Part shown: one piece after another, positions 1 to 9,632 of the stretch
Numbering within the stretch: the first letter of the stretch is position 1
How the letters are laid out: every line of letters starts with the position of its first letter
Sequence record: MF360958.1
Length of the DNA: 64,000 nt
Reading direction: 5' to 3' (one strand)
Position numbers and translations under genes: made by a program
Notes under the pieces: generated by a model
What the model was told of the DNA's origin: nothing
The model's input: the letters and a program-made list of their open reading frames with translations, nothing else
The model's database searches: none

Positions 1-715
1 TTACCTCACATATCTTCGTGTACTTACTAATATGAAAACTGTTTTTTGCAGTTGTAATTACATTACAAGCAAAATAGATAGTCATAAATTCCATCATTCC
101 ATATTTGTAAAATACACTCATAATTAGTGCAATATATATATAGTAGAATAATTTATAACTTTTTGTTCTATATTTTAAGAGTTCGGGATAGCCCCGTACA
201 ATATAGTTAAGGGCTTGTGTTTTTTGAATATTGTTTAATTCACCATCGTACTTTTCTGTTTTACCACCTAAAATATATTTTCCAATATCACCATCACAGT
301 TGTTATATAATTCGTTTTGAAATTTACTTAATTTTAACCATTTTTCCATAATCAAATATGGCACTAACAAACTTATTAACGTTCCAACAACTACCATAGT
401 CATAAAAATTTGTGGATAGTAAACAACCATAACCAGTCCAATAATAACACTTATAATATCAATATTGCCTATTGTAGAAGCAATATCAAACATTCCTAAA
501 GTTTTTCTGGCATTCTTAGACGTATTTTTAAAACCATTTCCTTCAAAGAACCATTTGTTTGCGGCATATGGATAGTATACTATGTACTTAGCTTCATTAC
601 TTACTGCTGAATCTTTTCTTACTACATTTCTGGAAAATTTGCTTAAAAAAGAACTATACTTCATCCGTTCTTTTAAATTACCATTCTTCAATTGTTCGTT
701 ATCAATATCTGACAT
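1..715 (-). CDS. Hypothetical membrane protein (partial, runs off window start)
   Basis: Not in ORF track. Read manually: ATG at 715 (MSDIDNEQLKNG...), open to base 1, with hydrophobic stretches (IISVIIGLVMVVYYPQIFMTMVVVGTLISLLVPYLI). Confidence 0.7.
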   Translation of the reverse strand, partial: MSDIDNEQLKNGNLKERMKYSSFLSKFSRNVVRKDSAVSNEAKYIVYYPYAANKWFFEGNGFKNTSKNARKTLGMFDIASTIGNIDIISVIIGLVMVVYYPQIFMTMVVVGTLISLLVPYLIMEKWLKLSKFQNELYNNCDGDIGKYILGGKTEKYDGELNNIQKTQALNYIVRGYPELLKYRTKSYKLFYYIYIALIMSVFYKYGMMEFMTIYFACNVITTAKNSFHISKYTKICEV

Positions 716-726
716 AATTACTACCT

Positions 727-1524
727 TTAAAAAATTTCATTAGGATTTTCTTCGATTTCGTAGAAACGTGTTAAATCAATATATTCACTACGAGATTTTT
801 CATACCTATTAATATGATTAGATATAAAATCATCATCTAATTCTTTTAAATGTCTATCACTCATAAATCGATATAGTTCACCTTTATCCAGTTTTTGATT
901 AACTTGTTTTCTCAAAATGTCCTGACGAATTTTGAGATCTTCAATCATATCCTTTATAGATTTTTTATCATACATATCATCTTTTATATCCAACATTATC
1001 TGATAATGATTATCAGAAAAGTTGTTAGAATACTCTCCACCTTGAATAAGATGTTCTGCGGTTATAATGCCTCGGTAAGCATGTAAAAGCCGTTTGTTAT
1101 CTTTCTGTGAAAATTTAAGATCTCTTTTTGCAAGACCGATATAAGCTTTAATTGTACTGTAATTATAAAACTCTTTACGAATATTATAAAGATATTCAAT
1201 TGAACTTCCAATCATTTGTTCTGAATCATGAATAAGTTCAAAGAAGTATGTTTGCTCACCATTAAGAAGATTTCTAACAAAATTTCTGATGTTCACATAA
1301 TTACGGTCTTCATCAATGTCTTCAAGACTACGTTTATATTGATAATTAAATGAACATGTTAAAAAACTATTAAGCTCATTTTTAAAAATATTATACAATA
1401 CAAGATAATCTTTATCAGAATTCGCATTATCCAAACCAAACAAATATGAACCTATTTCAAATTGCTCAATTTTGTTATCTTCTAACTGATTAAAAATTTT
1501 TGTTGATTCTGTTTGTATATTCAT
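727..1524 (-). CDS. Pol-beta superfamily nucleotidyltransferase (RlaP/Nuc-transf-like)
   Basis: GSYLFGLDNANSDKDY matches the GS-x3-G-x5-SDxD NTase signature; C-terminal LLHAYRG helix. Confidence 0.75.
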   Translation of the reverse strand: MNIQTESTKIFNQLEDNKIEQFEIGSYLFGLDNANSDKDYLVLYNIFKNELNSFLTCSFNYQYKRSLEDIDEDRNYVNIRNFVRNLLNGEQTYFFELIHDSEQMIGSSIEYLYNIRKEFYNYSTIKAYIGLAKRDLKFSQKDNKRLLHAYRGIITAEHLIQGGEYSNNFSDNHYQIMLDIKDDMYDKKSIKDMIEDLKIRQDILRKQVNQKLDKGELYRFMSDRHLKELDDDFISNHINRYEKSRSEYIDLTRFYEIEENPNEIF

Positions 1525-1563
1525 AATATATACTCATTTAAAAATCGATGTGAGCATTATTGC

Positions 1564-2178
1564 TCACATCATAAATTTGAGGTTGAGTTTCTTAATACTA
1601 GACTTCATCATTTTAGTATCATTTTTAGCATTATGATTCCATCCAAGATAAACTACTTGTTTAACCATGTTATTAACATCTGTCTGTTCTTGATTATAAT
1701 CAATCATATCATGAGCATCTGTGAAACCACCTTCACAATATGAACTCCAATCGCGACCTTCTTCACCAAGATATTGATTGATTGAAATAGAAAGACGTTG
1801 AACATGTTTTTTGCTATAAATATGAATTTCTTCTACTTCATCCCATTTACGTTTAAACTGGCACTTTTTTGAGAAAAGGAATCCCGTTGCACTCCCCTCA
1901 GCATTAAATCGAATAGAACGCTCATATTCATCATCTTCATCGTAATAATGTAGAATACTCGATTCAAGAACTTCATATTCCATATCATAGTTTTCTTCAA
2001 CACGAACACGGTTTTTATCATCTACAGCATAACGATATACTAAAACGTCATCACCATCATCATTAATATCGTGCTCATCTTGATATGTCAAATTTACTTC
2101 ATTTTGAAGAGCATTAAGATCTTGAACGTAGTAATTGACCTGTTCATTGGGTGATTTCTCAAAAGCATTACCGGTCAT
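1564..2178 (-). CDS. Hypothetical acidic protein
   Basis: 204-aa ORF, GGAG RBS, upstream sigma70-like TTGACA-17-TATTAT on minus strand (~2218-2246). Confidence 0.7.
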   Translation of the reverse strand: MTGNAFEKSPNEQVNYYVQDLNALQNEVNLTYQDEHDINDDGDDVLVYRYAVDDKNRVRVEENYDMEYEVLESSILHYYDEDDEYERSIRFNAEGSATGFLFSKKCQFKRKWDEVEEIHIYSKKHVQRLSISINQYLGEEGRDWSSYCEGGFTDAHDMIDYNQEQTDVNNMVKQVVYLGWNHNAKNDTKMMKSSIKKLNLKFMM

Positions 2179-2288
2179 AATTTTCTCCTAATTTTATATT
2201 GTCTTAAAAGTCATATACATAATACTCATAAAACCATTGTTTGTCAATAAAGAAAATTTAATAAATATTTGAAAGGAGATTTAATATA

Positions 2289-2561
2289 ATGCGTAAATTA
2301 TTAAATATAATCAAAGATGCTGATTATATCATGAATGAAGAATATTTTAAATATAATGATTTTTCAAAAGGTCAAAAAGTCCGTACTCCTATGGGAGATG
2401 GTAAAATTATTGAAATAGAAACTGAGAAAGAAAAGAATAAAGAACGTTCGCTAACCTCTCATCTTGCAGATTATGATGCACGTGTTAACTACCAAGCTTT
2501 AGTAGAATTTGAAGATGATCGAACAATATGGTTCTCATTATTTCAATTAACACCGATTTAG
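2289..2561 (+). CDS. Small late protein (putative head-internal)
   Basis: AATAAATA at 2260-2267, AGGAG RBS, N-terminus MRKLLNIIK...IMNE. Confidence 0.65.
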   Translation: MRKLLNIIKDADYIMNEEYFKYNDFSKGQKVRTPMGDGKIIEIETEKEKNKERSLTSHLADYDARVNYQALVEFEDDRTIWFSLFQLTPI

Positions 2562-2624
2562 TGCCATAAATAGTAAATGCCTTTTTTACATAATTAAGTC
2601 TATAGTACTTAGTATATACATAAT

Positions 2625-2659
2625 AAAAAGGCAAGTATACATAATATACTTGCCTTTTT
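2625..2659. terminator. Bidirectional intrinsic terminator
   Basis: AAAAAGGCAAGTATA-CATAA-TATACTTGCCTTTTT between convergent genes. Confidence 0.8.
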
Positions 2660-2682
2660 CAATAGTATAATATTATTAAAAA

Positions 2683-4320
2683 TTATTTTTTAATAATATT
2701 TTTAAAATAAAATCCTTTCTTATCGCAGTACTTTTTAGACTTGACATCTGCCATTAGTTTACAAGATGCTTTAACATTGAAAGATCTTTTTTGACCTTCA
2801 CTTTCAACAATCATTTTATAATTTTTAGGTGATACTTTTCCTTCTGCAATACCAAGTTCTTTTTTAGCAATGTTAGTAGCAGTACCATACATTACGGATT
2901 CCCACTCATCACCATAGCGCTCTTTAAAACTATCTTTTTGATCTTTAAGATCTTTAATAATCTCTTCACGCTTTTTTTCTAATTTTTCAGATTCACTATC
3001 TGAAAGTTCATCACTATCTTCTTCTACTGTTTCTTTTTTATTATGTTGCGATTCGTATAAAGAACGATTCTTATTATAATATTCACAAAGTTCCTTTACA
3101 AATCCTATCTCATCTTCATAATGTTTGAGCGACTTTTTAATACCCTTTTTAATATCATCATTTGTCATATTCTCTTTATCAAAAAGATAACCATTATCAT
3201 AAAGAAAATCGCCAATAACATTTAATACATAACCAAATTTCTTACTAGCTAAACTTTTATTAAATTGATAGACAGTTTGTACAATATTAATTAAATCAAC
3301 TTGATTTCGTTCAAGAATATTCTCTGCGATTACTTCTGGTTCGAAAATTTTACCAAAATGGCCCTTATACCACTTACCAATGATATCATGATCTGGCGTA
3401 GTTGCTTCAAAACTGTGTTGTTCGTTTGGTACAGGATCTACACTGAATTCATCATGAATTCTATCCAGTTCAGCATACCAACGATCATAATCATAGAAAA
3501 CTTTATCTCCGTCTTCGTCTTCTACGACATCTACCGATTCATTAAATTCATATTGTTCTAGATCTCTGTAATTATTCTTATAGAATTCATTAATACGCTC
3601 AGCCAAATCTTTTATTGTTATATCTTCATCTGCAATATAAAAATCAATAGCATAACGAATATCATCATATTCTAATGTAATGTCGTCTACATATCCTTCT
3701 TCAAGGAAAAAATTAGAAATAATTTTATTAAATTTTGTACTATTAAATTGATGATAACTAGGGTGAATGTCTATCATAGCATCAAGAAGATCTGTATAAT
3801 TTGCATTATTGTTAACATTATCAGTATTTTCTTCAGATTCTTCTATTTGTTGATTTTTTTGAGATTTGTTAGGAATAAGATCAATTATAGGAAGAAGTTC
3901 ATCATTATCCTTTTTAAGCTGTATACCAAATTCTATTGTACCATCTGGATGATGAATATTCCAATTATCTTCTAATTTTAAATCACTTGCTAAAATATAA
4001 TAATGTAAAGATTCGATAGCATCTTTAAGAATAATGCCATTAGTTTCTACTGTTTCACCATAATAAATAAAAGCATTTAAAACATTATCAAACATATCAA
4101 TTTTAACATCTGTATATGATTTAAAATTATTATTAATAAGTTGTTCCCAACGTTCTCTATTTGCCTCTAGTGTATGAACTTGAGGATTTGCATACTGTTC
4201 TTCAAAATCTTCTAACGTTATTTTTTCATTTTCATTAAGTGTTGTCTTTTTCTTTGGACGCTTACCATAGACCGCTTCGTCTAATTGGTTTAAGAATTCA
4301 TCAGGATTTCGGTGTTTCAT
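2683..4320 (-). CDS. Late acidic virion/prohead core-like protein
   Basis: TATAAATA (minus, 4353-4360); modules separated by [LIVF]-x-E sites; KKREEIIKDLK...FKERYGDEWESVMYGTAT module recalled from T4-like phage proteins. Confidence 0.6.
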   Translation of the reverse strand: MKHRNPDEFLNQLDEAVYGKRPKKKTTLNENEKITLEDFEEQYANPQVHTLEANRERWEQLINNNFKSYTDVKIDMFDNVLNAFIYYGETVETNGIILKDAIESLHYYILASDLKLEDNWNIHHPDGTIEFGIQLKKDNDELLPIIDLIPNKSQKNQQIEESEENTDNVNNNANYTDLLDAMIDIHPSYHQFNSTKFNKIISNFFLEEGYVDDITLEYDDIRYAIDFYIADEDITIKDLAERINEFYKNNYRDLEQYEFNESVDVVEDEDGDKVFYDYDRWYAELDRIHDEFSVDPVPNEQHSFEATTPDHDIIGKWYKGHFGKIFEPEVIAENILERNQVDLINIVQTVYQFNKSLASKKFGYVLNVIGDFLYDNGYLFDKENMTNDDIKKGIKKSLKHYEDEIGFVKELCEYYNKNRSLYESQHNKKETVEEDSDELSDSESEKLEKKREEIIKDLKDQKDSFKERYGDEWESVMYGTATNIAKKELGIAEGKVSPKNYKMIVESEGQKRSFNVKASCKLMADVKSKKYCDKKGFYFKNIIKK

Positions 4321-4465
4321 AAAATTTCACTCCAAATACGTATTGTTTATTATATTTATACGATTTTATAAATTTAAATTTGTTGTATTTGCTAATAAAA
4401 GTTATATATAAAGATTATGATAAATACAATTAAATATTATATTAACAAAATAAGGAGCTTTTATA

Positions 4466-5116
4466 ATGAATGACATTCGCAAATATATGAGTCTTTTAGA
4501 AAATGCCGAGCATTCCAATATTGAAAAAGATTATCATACTGATGAAAACCTTGACGAAATAGATGACAGCGAATACGTAACGATTGAGGACGAATTTATT
4601 CTTCCAAGCGATTGGAATACGGCACTATTACATGGTGATTATTCTACCCTAAGTGATGAGGAAAAGAAAGAAGTTGATAAATTTCTTGAAGAATTTCCAT
4701 TAGCAAATTACATTACTTCCGATATCGAAGAGCTTGGTTTCCGTCAATATAATGATGCTAATAAGAAGGGTCAGGATGTATCACTGTATAAAGCATTTAA
4801 GAAAGTCCCTAAAGAAGAAGCAACAGATGAATTGCTTGAAGCAGAGCTAAAGATGGGGGTTATTGAAACAGAAAATCAATTACGTCACAAAATTGCTAAA
4901 GATTTTTCTAAAATTACAAAAGATCTTAATAAACTTAATCCAGTACATAAAAAAGAAGTTAGTAAGATACTTCAAACATTCCTTAAAGATGATGTTGTTG
5001 ATCTTATGAATGTTAAAAAAGTTTTTAAAATGTTAGAAAATAATATTGAAGAAACAGGTGATGCTTACGATAATATGGCTACTTACCTCCAATATATTAA
5101 AAATGTTCTTAGTTAA
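4466..5116 (+). CDS. Putative head-internal protein
   Basis: GATAAATA 4419-4426; N-terminus MNDIRKYMSLLE-NA; acidic. Confidence 0.6.
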   Translation: MNDIRKYMSLLENAEHSNIEKDYHTDENLDEIDDSEYVTIEDEFILPSDWNTALLHGDYSTLSDEEKKEVDKFLEEFPLANYITSDIEELGFRQYNDANKKGQDVSLYKAFKKVPKEEATDELLEAELKMGVIETENQLRHKIAKDFSKITKDLNKLNPVHKKEVSKILQTFLKDDVVDLMNVKKVFKMLENNIEETGDAYDNMATYLQYIKNVLS

Positions 5117-5127
5117 TAGGTTATGTT

Positions 5128-5517
5128 ATGAAAATTAATGATTTTACATCTACTAAATTATTTGAGGATGAAGGGAAATACACTAAAAACACAATGTTCA
5201 CACCTCCTAAAGCCGCACAAGAGAATGCTAAAAAAGCTTTAAACTATCGAAAAAAATACGGTGATGAAGTAAAAGGTGGTACGCGAGTAGGATGGACAAG
5301 AGCTAATCAGTTAGCTAATGGTGAAAAGATTTCATATGACATAGTTACTAGAATGTCTCAATTTGCGCGTCATCGAAAAAATGCTGAAATCTCTGATGAT
5401 TTAAAAGGCGAGCCATGGAAAGATAATGGTTATATTGCATGGCTTATATGGGGTGGTGATGAAGGTGTTGAATGGGCTCAGCGCATGGTTGATAAGGTAG
5501 AAAATAACGAAAATTAA
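5128..5517 (+). CDS. Phage head-morphogenesis-associated domain protein
   Basis: PPKAAQENAKKAL...GGTRVGWTRANQLA...GYIAWLIWGGDEG domain, recalled as fused to phage head/prohead proteins; N-terminal KLFE. Confidence 0.55.
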   Translation: MKINDFTSTKLFEDEGKYTKNTMFTPPKAAQENAKKALNYRKKYGDEVKGGTRVGWTRANQLANGEKISYDIVTRMSQFARHRKNAEISDDLKGEPWKDNGYIAWLIWGGDEGVEWAQRMVDKVENNEN

Positions 5518-5582
5518 TTTACAAAGAATAAATAAGTATAAGATATTCAATCAAAAAAAAACAATTTAAGGATTAATATATT

Positions 5583-6725
5583 ATGTCTAATATGAAAAAT
5601 TATTTAAAACTTTTAGAAAACACAGAAAATAATGAATTTGAAAATCATTATGATGATTCTTTCAAGGTAAATGAACAAGATGGTACATTCTACATAGTAG
5701 GTGAAAATACTGGTGATGTATACGCAAGTTATAATGATAAAGAAGACGCTGACCTCCGTTGTGAAAATATGAATAAAATTGGTTATTCAAATATTGACAA
5801 CGATACACTTGTAAATGAAGATAAAGATAAATCAAATTCTTCTTATAACAACACTATTCGGAAGAAAAATCGAAAAGTAAATGAAGAATATGAAGATGAA
5901 ATGGATGTTGATGATGAAATGGATGTTGATGATGAAATGGATGTTGATGATGAACTCGATAATGAAATGTCTATGGAAGAACCTATGGATTCTGATCGAA
6001 TTAAAACAGATTTCGACACCATTGATTATGAAGATTCCGAATTAAATATTGATACAGAAGACTCCCAAGAAGATGATCTAATGTATAATTATACAGCAAC
6101 TATTCAACTTCATGGTTATAATTATCCGTTAGTTCTTAATTCTGATGATATTGATGAATTTAAAACAGTTATGAAAGTTCTTCGTCAAAGCGGTCTTAAT
6201 CCTGAAGGAGAATATAAATGGAATAGCCGCACATTTACTTTAGATACTGATGATGAAACTATTACAGAAAGTGAAGAAGGTGGTCCTATCGAATCAAGTA
6301 AAATGCATAAAGATCTTGATGTTTCTGACAAGATGAAGAAAAAGTCTGATGTGAAATATGATAAATCAGATATTGGTATGGACGGTTATGAGAACGGTTC
6401 TGAAGAAGAAGTTTACGATCCTTCACGTAATGTTCCGACTGATAAACAGAATCGTACTATCAAACACAAAGACGTTTCAAAGGATCGTAAGATTGAAGAT
6501 CCTATGAAACCTGACGAACCTAGTAACTATGATACTGTCGAAGGTGGTCAAGACATTTTTGATAATACTGATGAAATGGATGTTTTCAAAACTGGTAATG
6601 AAGGTGATGAAAGTGGTAGAATTGATTATGAAGCTACTGATCAGGAAATCCGTGATATTCTTAAAATGAGCGGGCAGCTTGATTATAATAAATCAGATCA
6701 AGGTGAAAATCTCTCAGGAGAATAA
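5583..6725 (+). CDS. Highly acidic late protein (scaffold/prohead core-like)
   Basis: AATAAATA 5527-5534; MSNMKNYLKLLE-N; D/E-rich with repeated VNE/ITE/PIE sites. Confidence 0.6.
   Translation: MSNMKNYLKLLENTENNEFENHYDDSFKVNEQDGTFYIVGENTGDVYASYNDKEDADLRCENMNKIGYSNIDNDTLVNEDKDKSNSSYNNTIRKKNRKVNEEYEDEMDVDDEMDVDDEMDVDDELDNEMSMEEPMDSDRIKTDFDTIDYEDSELNIDTEDSQEDDLMYNYTATIQLHGYNYPLVLNSDDIDEFKTVMKVLRQSGLNPEGEYKWNSRTFTLDTDDETITESEEGGPIESSKMHKDLDVSDKMKKKSDVKYDKSDIGMDGYENGSEEEVYDPSRNVPTDKQNRTIKHKDVSKDRKIEDPMKPDEPSNYDTVEGGQDIFDNTDEMDVFKTGNEGDESGRIDYEATDQEIRDILKMSGQLDYNKSDQGENLSGE
5895..5954 (+). repeat. 18-bp tandem repeat x3 encoding (DEMDVD)3
   Basis: GATGAAATGGATGTTGAT x3 plus GATGAA, in frame. Confidence 0.95.
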
Positions 6726-6757
6726 ATACAATTGTCATTATTCCATTTGACACTCAT

Positions 6758-6782
6758 AAAGCCCTCTTAGAAGGGCTTTTTT
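6758..6782 (+). terminator. Intrinsic terminator
   Basis: AAAGCCCT-CTTAGA-AGGGCTTT followed by T-run. Confidence 0.8.
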
Positions 6783-6821
6783 ATGTTTATTTTATAAATA
6801 TTATAAAAGATAGAGGATATT

Positions 6822-8162
6822 ATGAATTTAAAAGAACAAGTCTCACCTTATGATAATCCTAGAATTGACATTGGATTGATGACTGCTGAAGAATTTCTTG
6901 AATATAAAAATCCTTCAGGTAAAAAACATTCCAGTGAAATATATCAAGATGATATTGATTCTATGAATCAAGATTATAATACAGGAAATCTTACCGTTTT
7001 AAATCTTGCTGGTATGAATGAAAGAATATTGATAAATCACGCAAGTGACGGATATTATATAAAACTAGATCGTTCAGACTCTCATCCAGTGGGTGTTATT
7101 CATAATAATGTTCTTTATCATACTAATGAATTACCAGTAAATAACATTCCTAATATTATAGTATTAGATAAACCACACGAAGGTATGGATGAATTTAATA
7201 TTCCTAAGAATAAGAAAAAAGTAAAATATATATCCGAATATATGCCTTTAATCTTTGATCCTGCCTCAAAGAATTATTCAGATTTTCCCTATGTTCTTAA
7301 TAGAAAAAAGATAGGAAATGAATATTTTGAAGTAAGGGCCGCGTCAGAAGATCCTACTAATGTCCCTCACGAACCTATTATAATTACAAATGAAATGGGT
7401 CTAAGAGTGGCTTCAGCGGCTGACGAATGGGGTGCTACCCTCATAAAAGTAGCACAAGAATATCGAGGATATGGACTTGGTAAATTAGTTGGAAAATATT
7501 TTTATTACTATTTTCCTCATAAGCGCTCAGGTGGCTTTACCTCTTCCGGCGAACGAAATGCTCTAAAGATATGGCAAGACCGTGTTCGTAAGATGATTGC
7601 TAACGGATGGTATAGATACCTTATCAACCAAGGCGAAATTTCAAAAGAAAAAGTCAAACAGATCATTGATAGTGTTGGTGAAAAAATATCCGATCCAAAA
7701 CTAGATTCTGAAAAAAACACAAATGAACAACCTAAAAAAGATGAACCTATAATTTATATACAAGATGATTTGATAAATTTTGTTATATATGATGTTAAAT
7801 TCTTTGAAGAACAATCTGAAGAATACATCTATGGATTTGGTTTTTTCAGACAAGATTCACAAGGCAGAACTATTCTCTATAGATTAGATTATGATAAAAA
7901 GTATAAAAAGTTAACTTCTTACCTCGCATTGCAACTTGCGAAAACCAAAGATGAATTTCTTTATATTAAGTCGCCACCTTCAGATATGGTAGAATTTGAT
8001 GATCTTGAAAATGTCATCATTGATGACAATTATGCTATATTACAAAAAGATGTTCTCGATATAAAAAGACTTCAGAAATTAGAAAAGGAATATCGGAAAC
8101 AGCATGATAACTATGATGAAGTATTTTATATACTCTTAGAAATGGCTGAAGCGAAATGGTGA
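6822..8162 (+). CDS. Late protein with GNAT-like acetyltransferase motif
   Basis: TATAAATA 6793-6800; VAQEYRGYGLGK matches GNAT motif A (R/Q-x-x-G-x-G); N-terminus MNLKE. Confidence 0.55.
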   Translation: MNLKEQVSPYDNPRIDIGLMTAEEFLEYKNPSGKKHSSEIYQDDIDSMNQDYNTGNLTVLNLAGMNERILINHASDGYYIKLDRSDSHPVGVIHNNVLYHTNELPVNNIPNIIVLDKPHEGMDEFNIPKNKKKVKYISEYMPLIFDPASKNYSDFPYVLNRKKIGNEYFEVRAASEDPTNVPHEPIIITNEMGLRVASAADEWGATLIKVAQEYRGYGLGKLVGKYFYYYFPHKRSGGFTSSGERNALKIWQDRVRKMIANGWYRYLINQGEISKEKVKQIIDSVGEKISDPKLDSEKNTNEQPKKDEPIIYIQDDLINFVIYDVKFFEEQSEEYIYGFGFFRQDSQGRTILYRLDYDKKYKKLTSYLALQLAKTKDEFLYIKSPPSDMVEFDDLENVIIDDNYAILQKDVLDIKRLQKLEKEYRKQHDNYDEVFYILLEMAEAKW

Positions 8163-8168
8163 AAAATT

Positions 8169-8921
8169 TTATTGATACTGTGTGAGATCGTATAGATCTT
8201 GTTTATTTTCATCATAGTACTGATAGAGACGCTTTTTAAGTCTTTTATGATTATCATCAGAAAGATAGTTAATAAACTCTTTATCAAAATGATTGTAAAT
8301 AACATCTAGAAACTGTTCAAAACTATCGCCTCCAAAACGTTTCTCAAGGAATGATTGTAATGATGGTATTCTCTCAGAATTTTCCTTAGCTTTTTTATGG
8401 AATAATTCTATACGATTCTCAAAGTTATCGATACCTTCTTGATAATATGCATTGTACTCCGCAGGCGTATTATAATAATCACGCAAAGTTTCTTCTTTAG
8501 AGGAAGGTTTTATTTGCTGGAAACTTCTATCTTGATCATAAAGATGTGTTAATTCATGAACAAACAATTTACGTCTGTTGTCATTTTTAATGAACTCATC
8601 AAATATATCAAACGTAGATTGATCAATATACATTACTAGTATACGTTTATCGCCATCAACACCGGCAGCTACTGGTTGACCTTGAAATTTACTTTTTTTA
8701 GTTTCTTCATCTAAAACTCTTATTAAAATTTTAAAAGTAAGAGTATGATTTATACCTAAATCATCTGAAGAATTTAAATAGTAATCGCCTTTAGGCGTTT
8801 TCCTAAAACCTTCTAAACCATGTTCATCTACGAAGTTTACAAATTTATTATAAACATCTAGTGCCTGTTGGCGAAATTGTTTGTCAGTTTGTGGATCTTC
8901 AAATAATTGTTCAAGTTTCAT
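8169..8921 (-). CDS. Late protein with zincin-like HExxH motif
   Basis: LFVHELTHLYD plus downstream YYNTPAEYNAY; N-terminus MKLEQLFE; AATAAATA upstream (minus). Confidence 0.6.
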   Translation of the reverse strand: MKLEQLFEDPQTDKQFRQQALDVYNKFVNFVDEHGLEGFRKTPKGDYYLNSSDDLGINHTLTFKILIRVLDEETKKSKFQGQPVAAGVDGDKRILVMYIDQSTFDIFDEFIKNDNRRKLFVHELTHLYDQDRSFQQIKPSSKEETLRDYYNTPAEYNAYYQEGIDNFENRIELFHKKAKENSERIPSLQSFLEKRFGGDSFEQFLDVIYNHFDKEFINYLSDDNHKRLKKRLYQYYDENKQDLYDLTQYQ

Positions 8922-8929
8922 ACAATTAT

Positions 8930-9631
8930 TTATTGTTTATTAAGATTTTGAAAAACTTTCCTAATATAATATTGAGAATCCTTATGTATTAAGGAAGATT
9001 TAACCATATTTGCTTTTAGAGGCTCTATAAAATTATCGATAACATCCGGGAATGTATAATCATTCTTTAATGAAACTTTATTTAAATCTATTTGGCAATG
9101 ATAAAAAATATCATACATTCTCATGAATGCTTTATAAACAGAATTTCCGCCTAATACCTTTACATGAGTTTTATTCATTTCGGAACAAAGTCTAATACAT
9201 TCACGAACTAATTGATTTTGATAGTATTCACTATTATCAGGATAGTTGCATTCAGAAATATGCTTTTTAGGTAATTCATTATAAACATCACTAGGACCAT
9301 TTCTATCTTTTTCTAAACTTTTTAGGTCAATACTATCAGGAGAACTACATAAAAAATCAATTTTAAACTCATGTGTACGATTAAATATTTTCGTAAAAGC
9401 CTTTTTCATACTTTCAAAATTGTTATTTCCAGTGACAAATAATGTTTTATCAATTGGACAATCTAGCATAAACTGTTTCAACATTTCTTTATCAAAATTG
9501 CGAATATCAGAATCATCGCAAGCTGAAATAATAGGTAAACGATTATTCAAAGTATCCATACATGTATAATAATTCATCTCTGTGTCTGTTAATATCATCC
9601 CTGAAATTGTTATATCCTCTATTTTTTCCAT
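8930..9631 (-). CDS. Divergent DHFR-like protein
   Basis: Start moved to ATG 9631, just after the ligase stop. TGNNNFESM, VKVLGGNSVYKAF and DYTFP echo DHFR motifs (G-x-x-T-x-E-S, GG-x-x-V-Y, D-x-x-FP). Confidence 0.4.
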   Translation of the reverse strand: MEKIEDITISGMILTDTEMNYYTCMDTLNNRLPIISACDDSDIRNFDKEMLKQFMLDCPIDKTLFVTGNNNFESMKKAFTKIFNRTHEFKIDFLCSSPDSIDLKSLEKDRNGPSDVYNELPKKHISECNYPDNSEYYQNQLVRECIRLCSEMNKTHVKVLGGNSVYKAFMRMYDIFYHCQIDLNKVSLKNDYTFPDVIDNFIEPLKANMVKSSLIHKDSQYYIRKVFQNLNKQ

Positions 9632-9632
9632 A

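Noticed and set aside
5895-5954. Short tandem repeat as possible CRISPR array
   Set aside because: Contiguous in-frame 18-bp units with no spacers and no cas genes; no CRISPR array was seen anywhere in the window.
6721-6782. AATAAATA followed ~30 nt later by a terminator (possible tiny late RNA)
   Set aside because: The octamer overlaps the upstream stop codon and is common in AT-rich DNA; there is no independent support.
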